Below, one piece after another: positions 47,718-59,680 of a stretch of DNA of 64,000 nucleotides. The notes beneath the pieces were generated by a model that searched no databases, was not told the DNA's origin, and was given only the letters and a program-made list of their open reading frames with translations. Position numbers and translations under genes: made by a program. Source of the stretch: Pelomyxa schiedti. Taxonomy: Eukaryota > Protista > Evosea. The first letter of the stretch is position 1. Each line of letters starts with the position of its first letter. The DNA lies in contig JAHLWZ010000872.1 of NCBI GenBank assembly GCA_020536535.1, forward strand, positions 1 to 64,000, given 5' to 3'.

Positions 47718-47855
47718 ATGATATCCGACACCAGCCTCTACGTGTTCAGTAACCTCGTTGGCGTGAGCGTGATGGTACTCATTGTGGCATACCACTACGT
47801 CGTCCCACAATTTGTTTCGTCCGCGCAGCGCGGCCCACATGAGAAGTCAAACTGA
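47718..47855 (+). CDS. OST4: Oligosaccharyltransferase subunit OST4 (45 aa; below the ORF-track size cut-off)
   Basis: MISDTSLYVFSNLVGVSVMVLIVAYHYVVPQFVSSAQRGPHEKSN*: MI[ST]D..L...N..G.....L.V.YHY is the OST4 signature. Confidence 0.9.
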   Translation: MISDTSLYVFSNLVGVSVMVLIVAYHYVVPQFVSSAQRGPHEKSN

Positions 47856-48091
47856 TGAGGCGCGATCCCTATTGTTCAGGTCAGATCTCATACACTACCC
47901 CATAACAACAATACCAGTGTGAATGCTAACTTCCATCCAGAGCTGCTTTTGACATGTCAAACAGTGGCCACCATTCCCCCTGCCTTGTTTTTGTTACAAT
48001 AAGAAATATGCCGATTTCCAATAAATGGGTGGGATATGATGATGTTTCGGTGCTCTGTATAAAATAATTCTTATGTACTTGTTTTTGGGGT

Positions 48092-51000
48092 TCAGTGGGA
48101 GGCTCTTGGCTCTATTTCAAGGGAGCGGTTGTAAGCATCCTGTTCACTTATTCCGGGCTTGGTTTCTATGTCCGATATCTTGTATTGAGTGGTCAAGATT
48201 TTGTGCCGGTTGTTTGTTTGTTTGTATACATACAAATGCTTGTATCGAAATGACCGGCAGAACCGCAAACGGAACACTTTGGTGTTGTTGGATTTCCTTG
48301 ATAATTTTCGCTGTCATTGTCATCTTTAACCAATTGATGAGTGCCGGTGAGTCCGGTAGTGTGTTGGGATTCCCATCCTGGATGGAACTGTGAGTATTTT
48401 TTTTTGGAGAGCTTTCGAGCTCTTTAGAGAATAGAAAAGCATTACCTCGATGAAGGTGAGGTCCGAAAGAAAGATTCCGATATCTTGGAACAGTGTGAGA
48501 GTGTGAACAAAGTGTGGAGATTTGGTACGCTACAAGGAAGGCATGGGGATCTATTTACAGTCAGGTCCCGTAGTGTCTTGAAGTTTTTTTCCATGAGGCA
48601 TTCGAATTCTTTGTATTTCTCTAGCAATTGGGACTACTTTTTGTAAGTTGCATAAAAAAATCGGAATCATACAGTCCAAGTTTTTTTCAATCTCCTGTAA
48701 TAAGAGTGAGATTGTAAGCTGTAGGTATTTCGGTATTACGTTATGGCAGAATTTCCTAAAGCGGCAGTTATTTCCATCATCCCATTGAAATTTCCAAGGT
48801 CTTTACATTCCTAGTTCCCATTAGATGGCCCCATCCACGCCCTAACATAAACCTTGGCAATAGATATAAAATGGCGAATAACGCGTTCTCTTTGTTTTGG
48901 AGTGTCCCCTTCGAGCACTGAAGCAAGTACCCACTTGCCAACCTTAGGTACCATGAGTTGTGGCTATTTGCGATTCCTTCATACCTTGTTAAACCTTGTA
49001 ATAAATCTACAAATGTTCGGTGATTTGATAGCTGCTTCCTATATTTTTACGTAAGGTGAGGAAAATGAGGAAGCAATACTTTTTTTTGCCAGGCAAGCCC
49101 AAAGCATTCCCTTGGTCTGATATTACGAAATCCCTCCCATTCTAAAAGAGTAATTTGTCTTGCAGCCTCAAGGGGATGCACATCGAGAATAGTCTCTATT
49201 CTCCCTGCCGGGAGAATACTCTTTGGGGCGTTGGCAGGAGTAAGAGACAGTCTGTGACCTTGCGATTGGCCCTGGTATGCATTAGGAGAAGCGGAATCAA
49301 ATGGGTTTTTATGGTGCAAATGTACCTTGCGAATAAACATTTTCAGTTGGGCACCTTCTCCCTGGGCACCCATTGTGTGCTCTACAAAGTCCATCAGTGT
49401 GTCCAGTAAAGTTTTGTCTTCGGCAAAATCATAGAAGTGATTTGTGACCCATTTCGTCAAAACAAAAGAGACCCTGAATGAGTCAGAAATCAAACAAAGG
49501 AGTTTACGGGTATACATCTTTTTAATGGAATCTTCTTCAATTAATCCAGGAGGTGTGTTGTATCGTAAAATCAATAAACGGAGAAGAGTTGGGGGGTCCG
49601 TAAAGCTTCGGTAAGTCAGGAGAAAATCCAACATGAAATCTTTTTGGTTTGTTGGAAGGCACCTAACAACACATTCAAAATACCTGTGCTCCCAGGCCTT
49701 GGAGGACCAGTAAGCTTCTCAACTAGTTTCACAAGAGTAGCTCCAGATAAGGTTTGTAGGGCTGGCTGTATTTGAGAAGGCGAAGGGGTTGCAGAAGGAG
49801 GGGGGCTAGAGGGTGGCCCAAAATCATCGTTTGTTTGGGGAAGTGAAGGTGAGATAGGTTTGAGTGAAGGAGAAAGAGGTGAAGGTGAGACAGGTGAAAG
49901 TGGGAGAGGTGAAGGTGAAAGTGGTCTCATAATGGGAGTAGATTGGGGAGTGGTGCCTGTGTATCGAATATTGGAAGGCACATCAGGCTCGAGGAAGGGA
50001 TAAGTGTCCATTTCTATTACGGGAGGTGGAGGAGGGATATCCACAGAGGGTGGCGGGGGTATATCTGTTGATGATGGGGGAGGGATACCCTCTTTGAAGA
50101 AATTACTGAAAAATGTGACTTTGCTTAGTAGAAACCTGAATTGGAGAATGCACTTGTGCCGGCTTGTGCCTGCCACTTCATTAAGGTGTTGCCTGTTTAA
50201 AAAAAAATTTATGTAGGTAGTAAAATGAAATATTTCAAACTTACAATCCTTTTGGTTGTAATCCATCAGAGAAGGATCTGGTTGTACTCAGGATGGCTGT
50301 ATAATAGATAGTTTTTAGCTTACCGAGGAGTGGTACATTTCTCGATCCAATACTTTCTGCATCTCTACTGCGGAGGTGAATAGCAGGAGAAATTGGGGAA
50401 GACGGAGATGTGAAGCTTGCACTCATACTCTGATCTATGCGAGGGAATCGTGTATCAATGGTATATGACCGGGTACGCTGTGGAGAGACCACTTTGGAAG
50501 TAAAAATAGGAGTACGCAAGTGGTAGTTCTTACCTTTTCGAAGGGAATCCTTGAGGGAAACGTAATTGCTTGGAAATTCACCAAACTTGCCATTCGTTGT
50601 AGCACCATACCACCATTGCCCATCCTGATGCAGTGTTATTGGTGGTTATAAAACGAATACCAGCTACCTTATTGATTACGTATATAGTTTCACGTCTGGT
50701 GAAAGACAACTCTGCCTCAGATTTTGCTGCATAAGAGTATATGGCTGTACACTGAGGGTATCTTGGGAGTGACTCCACTGGTTGCGGTGCTCGTGCAGTG
50801 GAAAGTGGTGCGTGAGCAGCAGTGGCTTCTACCTTCTGCTGCACATGTGGAGTGAGGGTGGTAGAGGGAATTTTACAAGAAAGAGTTAGTGGGGGAAGAG
50901 ATTCAGCTGGAGACTTCGTTGTGAATGAAGGTGAGAGTGGATAAATGGAAGGTGATGTTGCGGGGGAATTCGAGGGGGATCGTGAGTGTAGTGCATCTGG

Positions 51001-51402
51001 TGTCTTCGGTTCTGCTCCTGGAGGTAAAAGTCAAGGAATAAAAATCAAAAGGGTAACAGATAGGATTCAAATACCACCAACTTCCGACCTCCTCACGAAA
51101 TTAGAAGGAACCTTGCCAATCTTTCCATTTAGTTCACCAGTCCACCACTTGTGGTTCTACAAATTGTAGAGAAGGAATGTGAGAAGTGACTACTAACAAC
51201 TGTGTCCAAAGTTGACAGTTGGAAAAATTGCCCAATGCAATAAGGAGAAGGGCCACACACGTACCACATTGAATAGGGTGATGACGTCACCTTTCCTGAA
51301 CGACAGTTGCTTTTCCTTCCTCGCTTTGTACGAATACATCGCAACGCAACGTCCAACGACCGGGTGCTCCACTCCATTTGACGGCGGCGCCGACGACGCC
51401 AT
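48092..51402 (-). CDS. SH3-SH3-REM-CDC25 RasGEF, multi-exon
   Basis: SH3 #1 VAMYSYKARKEKQLSF..WWTGELNGKIGKVPSNFV; SH3 #2 TAIYSYAAKSEAELSF..GWYG..GEFPSNYV; REM GATLVKLVEKL, FLLTYRSF, VLTKWV; CDC25 AARQITLLE, NFNGMMEI, ends SLEIEPR. Confidence 0.92.
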
Positions 51403-51866
51403 TTTCGGTATTATGGGTCAGCCGAGAGAGGACGAGGATCTTTGACGCAAACGACCCAGGCAATGAAGGTACGTGGCCCCGATTATTTATGCCTTTTCGG
51501 GCCCGCCGAAGTTGCGTTGATCTTCTTCATCAGTGGCAGATTTACGGGAACAGGAATTTCCTTGATGGTGATTGAAGTGTCAGTGACTGCGACCTGACAC
51601 CACCGACAGAACTAGCCACAACCCCCAAGAAAAAAAAAAGTCATCACACAATTCTTTTTCGGATCCTTCCACCCTGAATCGAGGGAGGCAGGGGCCAAGT
51701 TCCGAGAGCAGTGAGAACCAGGGGTACTTCACCCTTGCGGCCTGGACATGGTCGCCAAACGCCGCAATGGCTTTCCCCCTGGCCTGCTCCTCGTACGAGG
51801 CCTCCTCCCAGTCCCACTCGCGAGTGCATGGTACCCCATTATATTTTCGTTGTGTTCATTGGACAA

Positions 51867-52469
51867 TCAATCCATATTCCACAGAATGGGGGAAAGCAGC
51901 TTCCCGGCATTTTCCACCACATCTTTGCAGCGCGTTGGGGGTGTCACCATGTACACGGCGCCTTGCTCTTTTGTCTGGAACACAACCACAACGCACTGCA
52001 AAGATGTGGTGTGCGTTGTGGTTGTGTTCCAGACAAAAGAGCACGGCGCCGTGTACATGGTGACACCCCCAACGCGCTGCAAAGATGTGGTGGAAAATGC
52101 CGGGAAGCTGATATCCTCCATTCTGCATGGAATTACGCGCCAAAAACAGCATCCCAGAGGCGACATGTTCCTATCTGACGACGAGGGGCAGATCTGGGGC
52201 GGTGACTCAGGCGTCGAGCAGCAGCGCTGAGTTGGTGTGCCAAATATCAGCCTTTGCCTGCCTCGAACATCGTAATCAACAACGTCATCGACCGGCTGTG
52301 ATGTGCAGATGGGAGGGTGTGAAGGAGGGAGGCGATTACCACGAGGACGAGGAGGAGGAAGTGAGGAATGAGGTGGGGGTGAACGGGGCGGCTGGGAATT
52401 GTGGGATGGTGGCGCGGTGTAAGGCAGCCCACGGGGTGGTGCTGTCGTGGCAGCTGCGGCCAGGAGCAA
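51867..52469 (-). pseudogene. Probable decayed member of the N-terminal-motif superfamily, disrupted by the inverted duplication
   Basis: ORF has no ATG start; DVRGRQRLIFGTPTQRCCSTPESP...FWRVI...DISFPAFSTTSLQRV loosely parallels DARAQFCALSLASVVPRCGCHSP...LW.W...SISFALSPLLLSV. Confidence 0.35.
51876..52133. repeat. Long inverted repeat: 100-bp arms (51897-51996 / 52011-52110), one mismatch, 14-nt loop, with degenerate outer extension
   Basis: Base-by-base reverse-complement comparison; the only mismatch in the core is T51963 vs C52044. Confidence 0.97.
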
Positions 52470-52740
52470 CTACTCCCGCACTATGCGGCTTCACCACCAC
52501 TACTTCTCTAATTTACGGCGGGTGTTTCAGGTCTTCTGATAGAGGAAGCCTGGAACGCGTCACTTGGGATTTGGTGGGAAAAAGCGCTTGTTTGCTCAGC
52601 CAGGGATTCTGGGTCAAATCTAACGAATAGCTCGAATTCCTGGGATAGCCCAAATTTCTAACCGAGGTACCTTTGACTCCAATGGTTGTTTTAATTGAAC
52701 TTGTTAACCCTAATTGTGGTGAGAAACTTTTTTTTTTGTT

Positions 52741-53840
52741 TTACTCTGTGTGCTCATTTACATGGAGGATTTGGATTTTGGTTCGGGTTTTTTCTGCCTG
52801 ATTGTGTGCGTTTGTCACTTCACAGTTGGATGTGGTTAGTTCCAGGGAGGATATTGTTGGTATGGCTGTTTGTTGGACTAGGGTAAGGGTTGCCTGTGTG
52901 TCGAAAGTGCAGTCGCTAGTGTTGCACTTCACTGTGTGTTGTACTTGTATGTCCGTGTTACCAAGGACTGTTACTTGCACCTTGTGCGAATCGGCTGAAC
53001 ATTCCACCTTGCAGCCTGGTTTCTTGTTAAGTTTGATTTACGGAAGTGTGTTCTTTTACCTAGTTTCGAAGATAGAACTTCGGAGAACAAGGTCTGCATA
53101 GTTGGAGAGCAAGCTTCAAGAACGTAAGTGACTGGGGATCCTTTACCAATGGTATCTCTCAGTAGTCCGGCCACATGTGTCTCCATTGAACCACTAATGG
53201 CACCCATTAGGTGTGTGTTGACGGGAAACTTACTTACATAGATGGGCTCTCACGGATTTTTTGTATCAGGCACTTGGAGATATTGGGAAGGCCAAGTTTA
53301 TTTGCCAAAGAACACAAAGTAACGTAGGCAGCAATCCCCCCACATGCTAATAGAGTTTGGTTGGCAGCGTCATCACCTAGACAATACCTTGTTCAAAACG
53401 AAACTTTAATTGTAAGTAGTTTATATACCTACAATGGAGATGACCTTGGAGCTGAGAGCACGAGCAATTCTCTTAGTTTCTTCCTTATCTATGCTTATTT
53501 TGCAGTGCAGTTCCCTGGGGAAGAAAGTAAGAATGTGTACCCCACAGCATTACAAAGTTAAACTTTGTCTTTAATTTAAAAGTAACTTAACATTAAGGAA
53601 AAACCCACATTGACAACTCAACAACAATAATTCGCAAAACGCGTACTTTGCGGCGGCCAACGGCGGGAGTCTCCTCGGCGCCGGCTTTTTGCAGTACATA
53701 AAATAAATGGTGACGAACAGCACGATCCACATCACCCCGGCGACCGCCGCTGTCCCCCGCCGGTCGACCTCCACCCCGACCCCCGCGTCCCCGTCGCCCG
53801 CGCCGTCGTACCCCGCCCCATCCCCCCCCACCGCCATCAT
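52741..53840 (-). CDS. Hypothetical single-pass membrane protein, multi-exon
   Basis: GC-rich first exon MMAVGGDG... with TM segment AVAGVMWIVLFVTIYFMYC followed by basic KKPAPRR; several open GT-AG exons downstream. Confidence 0.45.
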
Positions 53841-54016
53841 CGTCGCTGCCGGCAGTGATTCACGCTTTCTTATTAGGAATAAATTTTTTTTTCCAAAGGA
53901 GCTACAGGGGATTTGCTGTAGTCTCAGCATTAGGAAGCCCCACACTTATGAATAAGTACGAGGGTGAAAAGAAAAAAAGGGCATCGCGGAGGAGGTATGA
54001 GGATTTTTATAATAAT

Positions 54017-55501
54017 TTAATCAAAATGAGGAAGGAAGGAGAAGTGGCGTGTGGTTCGGCACAGAGGCCTGAATAACTTGAAGGTGATGACGTGGTCACC
54101 AGAGCACTCTTCACTCACATGTATTTCTTTGTGTGATTCGCTCATCTGGAACATGAATCCACCATCAGCAAAAGACTCAGTGGTGGTGAACCCAGGCTGT
54201 AACTTGCATTCCCTCACTGGTTTGGCTGGGTCATTGATATCCCACACGTTGTAGCCATAGCTTCCTTCAAAAACACAGAACTGTGACATTCTCAGTTGTG
54301 AAACCACTTCTGGGAATCTTAACATTTTGTATCTCTTGTGGCCGATTGGGTTCACTTTCCCAGTTGCATCGTCAATGGAAATGAGATCTCCAACTTCGGA
54401 CATGGTGACAAATTTGATGGCACCACTCTTTGTGGAACAGGCAACACAGTCATTGGTCAGGAAATCGTCGCATTCAAGGTAATCTAACGATGTACCTTTC
54501 ATAGAAGTGGGGGAGGCAACAGCTGAGGCCACGGCCACCAGTTTTCCTGATGACTTTGTTTGTGCGAGGTCGATCAGAATGAATTGCACACGAGTAGGGC
54601 TGCCAAAGGAATCAGAGAAGCGAACCAACAGGTGGTCTTCATTGAAACTGCAAAAGGAATGTGTCAACACATTCCATTTTTTCTCAACAGAGGAAATTGG
54701 AACCACTGTTGCTGGTTTTTCTTTTGCTGTGCTTGGCTCTCCCCTCTTTGGCAGCTCAATGACAAACAATGAGTCTGTCGAAAAGCACACAAACCACTTC
54801 CCATTTGTGCCCTCTGTGCCAGAGGACTTGTTGATGGAAAACAGAGGTTCAAGGTGCCCAGTCTCTCTGCCCTTCAAGTAATAAACCCCTCCTCTTGCGT
54901 ATTCCCTCCCCACCAACTGGTGCTCATTTGCCCCCAACACTTGTTCACCCGCCCACCACTTCAATTCATGAGTGAGTGTCAACAACACCGAGGAGACACC
55001 AAACGTGATCACCACACCGTACTTCTTGCAACGCCAACACACGCAGAAGAGCCTCTCAGTTCCCATCAACCACTTCCACAGCAGCCTGAGCACCAGAGTG
55101 CCGTCACAACAACAACAACAACAAGAACCACAACCACCGCCAGCAGCAGCAGCAGCAGCACTAGTGGTCATCATCGATGGTGCGGTCATCGACCACAGCA
55201 ACAAAGGCGAGAGCGAGGAGCGGGAGCCACAGCGGGGGTGCGATGCCATGGCCAGCGACATCATCTGGTCCGCCATCGTGTGTGGCTGGTATGTCGTCGT
55301 GGTTGTTGTCACTGTGGTTGTTCCTCTTCGTTTTGTCCTTGTTGTTGTTTGGTTTGTGGACAATGGGGCGACGGTGACCACTGTGCCGATACCGAATTGT
55401 GGGTTGTGGCGACGCTGCTGTTGGGGGTTGTCGAGTGACGTCGGTTGCAGTGGATAAGAATCGTCATGTGGGTTTTCCTGTTGTTGCCGCCGATCGTCCA
55501 T
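54017..55501 (-). CDS. N-terminal-motif superfamily member (beta-rich C-terminal domain), intronless
   Basis: ATG 55501 (MDDRRQ); ADQMMSLAMASHPRCGSRSS ... RLLWKWL ... ITFGVSSVLLTL; C-terminal IHVSEECSGDHVITF parallels family-A IDVFDPTSGFLILTI. Confidence 0.85.
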   Translation of the reverse strand: MDDRRQQQENPHDDSYPLQPTSLDNPQQQRRHNPQFGIGTVVTVAPLSTNQTTTRTKRRGTTTVTTTTTTYQPHTMADQMMSLAMASHPRCGSRSSLSPLLLWSMTAPSMMTTSAAAAAAGGGCGSCCCCCCDGTLVLRLLWKWLMGTERLFCVCWRCKKYGVVITFGVSSVLLTLTHELKWWAGEQVLGANEHQLVGREYARGGVYYLKGRETGHLEPLFSINKSSGTEGTNGKWFVCFSTDSLFVIELPKRGEPSTAKEKPATVVPISSVEKKWNVLTHSFCSFNEDHLLVRFSDSFGSPTRVQFILIDLAQTKSSGKLVAVASAVASPTSMKGTSLDYLECDDFLTNDCVACSTKSGAIKFVTMSEVGDLISIDDATGKVNPIGHKRYKMLRFPEVVSQLRMSQFCVFEGSYGYNVWDINDPAKPVRECKLQPGFTTTESFADGGFMFQMSESHKEIHVSEECSGDHVITFKLFRPLCRTTRHFSFLPHFD

Positions 55502-56031
55502 TGGGCCTAGGATTGATCCCTTGAGGGAAATGGTTCTGGGAAGATCAAAGTGATGGTTTGTTGAGCTCAATCCTTGGTCTAAAAAGCGAGCACTGCAGAG
55601 TTGAGACTGGATTCTACCCACAAAACCAGAGGGGTTCCGGAACAAACAACAAGGATTTTTTCCGTTGGGTGGAATCTGGGGACTTGATCAGATGCCCAAA
55701 AACGGCTAGAGGAAAGCCCAGAGAATTGCCTTTGTGGGCAACCGGATCATCAAGCCCAGATTCCAAAGCCTGGAAAAAGGGGAGAACGAAAAGCGGAGCT
55801 GGGCGACTTTTTATTGGTTTCTCTGACAGTGAGCAATTTGTTCGTTACTCGAACGGCAAACTGGCTGCCTTTATAAACAAGCCTTTTGTCGTGGTAACTC
55901 AAAATATAATATAAAAAAGTGAGCTTTAAAACCCAACAAACAAACAGCCAAACCAAACCAATACCGGCACAGCAGCCAGCACAAACAAGCAACAGCAAAA
56001 CAACAAACCAAAAACAACCTATAAAATACAA

Positions 56032-58896
56032 ATGACAATCACAAACCTGGTTACAGTGGTGGTGGCGTTCTGTTTGTTCGGAATGACATCAGCAAGGTTC
56101 GGGACACAGCTGCCCACAGCATCAATAACAGTGGACACCAACCTGCAGGCAATTGGAAACACTTGGGGTGTTACCTCCAATACTTCTGCTGACTCGTATG
56201 CTGTCCTTCTCATCTTTCTGACTTGTTTATCATGCGTTGATCAATGCACAGGGGGTTCTTCCCAGTGAAAATGGTTGACAGCAGCCTTCCCGACGGGATT
56301 GCATACTTCCAGTCATCAGCCGGAGACAGTTCGGCTGTTTGCCGCCTTACAATTGACTTGCTCATTGAGAGGAACATCACATCAATGCTGCTTTTCCCGA
56401 TGGGTGCCACTCCTACATCATATTCTATGGCCGGTGCTGACGCTTCTGCTGTGGTCGGGCCTATTACTTACCCTGTTGAACTCCTCCCTGGTATGTAGTT
56501 GAGCCGTTTTTCGTTGGTTGATTGACTTGTTCTAATGCAATACACAGAGTGGACAAGCGGAAGTATGGCCAGCATAACGACGCCTGTTGAAGTGTTTGTG
56601 AACCGGAAGGTCAGGTATCTGACGGTCAGCTTGCAAAAGCCTGTATCGGAGTTGATGTTTTATATGGGAAGAATGCACTTTTACAGTATGTTTGTTGCTC
56701 GCTCTTTCATCATGGTCAATAACCGATGACAGCTTGTGCGCCGTGTGATTATGAATACATGATGAACCCCTCAACTTGCGCCTGCACACTATGTGAGCGG
56801 AAAATTAAAAAAAACAAATGCATTACTAATACCACCGCAGTGCCGCAGTGTGACAGATATGTTCACCCGATGGAAGTAAACGAATGGAGCACATCTATTA
56901 TTGGAGGTGGAAGCGGATTCTTAGCTCCAGATACTCTCACAGTCACGTTCTCGAAGCCGATCGTGAATGGCGAAGGTCCCATTTCAATCCTTCCTGCTGG
57001 AGGTAATGTGTCACGCAACTCAATTTCATTAGATTATATCTAATTAATTAATTAATGCAGAAACGAACGTTGGATGTGGGTGCCCTTCAAGTGCTTGTTC
57101 AATGGTTGTGTCTGGGTGTAACATGGTTTACACATACACGGTCAACTGGCAGTATTTCCTCAACAACTGCGGCGTACAATTGCTTCCATCGGATTCCTCT
57201 GTTTTATATTACCGGACTGTTTTCAACTGTATGTTGTCACCCCTTCACTTTTATGCTCACTTTGCACAGATAACTTTGATACCTTGGTTGTCAATTCCTC
57301 TGTGGTTCAATCAACGAGCGAATACACGCCCCTCTATGTATGTTGTGAGTTGTGTGCTTGGAGCGGGACACTAAAACTATCCAGATCGCCATTCCAACTG
57401 TGATCGACTTGACGCTTGTACAAATAAATCTTGTGGATCCATATGTCCCAACGGTTGTCACTGGTTATGTGAGTGGCCACTTAATTTCAATCTCCAGCTT
57501 GATTTCTAAACAAATATCCATAGGTTACTGTGAAGAAAATCATTGACAGGAAACTGCACCTCGAGTTCTATACTACAACATTGAGCCCATACAATCTCAA
57601 TGTCCTAAGGCTCGAACCAAATGTGAAATTCTTCAACCAGACTTTCACAGTATGTCTTCCCTCCCTCACATGGAAGTCGCTCTAACGAGGACTATCTCGC
57701 AGCATGTGAGCACCAGCTGCTCATTGACAGATGTTACATGTTATCAGTACTGGCAGATTGACAGTTACCTTGCTCCGGATGTCTGTATCTTCCAAGGAGA
57801 GCCTATTTTGATCCCCTTCCAATTCACTTGCCTCGATGGAGCTTCCTGTTCATACCTGGTCGGCGGTGTTGACAAGCAGAACGGCACCTTCTCGGTTCCC
57901 ATGTGGTCTTCGGATCTCTGTGGGTCAATTCAGGTACCTGAATTATCATTTTCTTAATAAAATTGCTTTGAATTGGCATCGCATACCTTGGCTTTTTTCC
58001 CGGAGATAAATCGATGCATGTCCTCCCATAAATACTCACTCAACTTCTCATCTAGTTGAACGCCACTCTGACTGGAACGTTTGACATGTTCAGTGACAGC
58101 GCATGCTCTGTTCCGAGCAAATCTTTCAAGCTTGTTCCTCCTACAACTGCATACCTTTTGGTAATTTCCTTCTCTCATGTTCCGGCTGTTGAATTCTCCT
58201 TACCTGTAATAAGATTGACTTGACTTCATCAGTTTCGATCAACACAGCCACTCTTGTAAACTTCTATGTGTTCGTGAATGGCACACTCAACGCAGTCATG
58301 TACGCTACATTTTTATGCACCTCCAAGTTCCAACTTACCCATTTTTTCAGATTCAACAAAGCCGTTCAAGCACTTGCAACAACAGCTCACTTCGTAGAGA
58401 CCACTCCATATGACTCTGATGTCACTAAAATGCTCATGGCAATCGAGTTCAACACCAACTGGTTGTCAATTGGTATGCGATTCATTTCATCCTCCTTCCT
58501 CTCTCTCTCTTTTCCCCCTCCCTCCACAATTCAATTCAATTGCTTTGATGTGACTCACTTTCAACTGCAGACATGGGCGAGGTCGCGGACATCAAGTTCC
58601 AGGCGGATCTCAGCGTGACTTACAAGAGCTCAGCCAAGAGCCCAATGTTGCCTCGCGGGGTCGCTACTCGCGCGGACGACTACCCCGAGAGCGTGACGGT
58701 GCTCCAGGCAGGCCTGGTGACCAGGGACCCCGCAGCCGCGGCGTCTGCGTCGTCGTCGTCGTCGCACGGCGCGGCCTCGTCGCAGTCAAACGCGCACTCG
58801 GCCATCATCTCGCCCCACACCTCGGGCGCGTCCCATGCCTACGCTGCTTCCCTTGCCGCCCTCGCGGCCCTCGCTCTTGTGTCTGCTGTTGTATAA
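56032..58896 (+). CDS. Secreted, probably GPI-anchored Cys-rich surface protein, paralogue 1 (multi-exon)
   Basis: Signal peptide MTITNLVTVVVAFCLFGMTSA; exon-by-exon similarity to 59681..62484; Ser/Ala spacer and hydrophobic C-terminus (AYAASLAALAALALVSAVV*). Confidence 0.85.
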
Positions 58897-59052
58897 TTGC
58901 AAAATTATGTGAACATTTCCTTTGTTTGAAAGTGATGCGGGCAGACCCTTAAGCCTCAAAAACCAGGCTCCACACTGACCACATCATTCTGTTAGTCTTG
59001 GGAGTAGACGGGGAGTGACAGATGCGTTTGTACTTGAAGCTGGATAAGTTGG

Positions 59053-59660
59053 CTACGGCCAGTTTGGGGAGGAGGGTCGCGGTGTCGTGGTTGTGTTGGG
59101 AGTTTCTTTTGTGTTGGTCACATTCTGGGTGTGTGTTAGGGTAAACAGAACTCGGCCTGTCTCAACATCCTGGAAATTCTGCCTCACAGTGTGAACTCCA
59201 CCACTGGTGAAGGCAACAAAGCCCAAGGAAGGATACAGTGCGACTACATTTGTTTGCTGGTACAGGGGCTCACTCAAGTTTGAGGTGCAGTACACATCAT
59301 AACAGCCCTTGCTTGTTCGTGCAAGTAAGTGTGATGGCTGAGACAACCCCAAGATTGAGTATTTTGGGTATGGGAATAGTACTGTCGCACTTGGCACGTT
59401 GCCGTGTACAACACGCTGCAACGTAGTGCCACTTTTCCTACCATAGAGAAGGAGGAATTCATAATTGGACAACCAAAAGGAATCACAGGCTGTTCCCTCC
59501 TTATCTCGCTACAAACGTGTTCGTCCCTCCCCGTCAGGGACACCACTCACAGTTTCAATAAGGTTCAGCGGGCATTGCACCCACGACTGCACTGCAATTT
59601 GTCTCTGGAGTCGCCGCCGTGAAACGATAAAGCCCAATCCTGAGAAGTAAAAATCGGTTC
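59053..59660 (-). pseudogene. 5'-truncated relic of a motif-superfamily gene with an in-frame TAG (59509-59511)
   Basis: Frame reads WVQCPLNLIETVSG...RL*RDKEG...FQDVETGRVLFTL, matching family C-terminal segments (LIDLAQTKSSG; DV.EP.SG.L.LTI); no room for an N-terminus before the neighbouring stop at 59681. Confidence 0.55.
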
Positions 59661-59680
59661 TTGGTTTATACACACGTGTT

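Noticed and set aside
51600-52432. Possible selenoprotein or readthrough at in-frame TGA codons near the hairpin
   Set aside because: The TGAs fall in different frames, one frame also has a TAA, and no selenoprotein motif is present.
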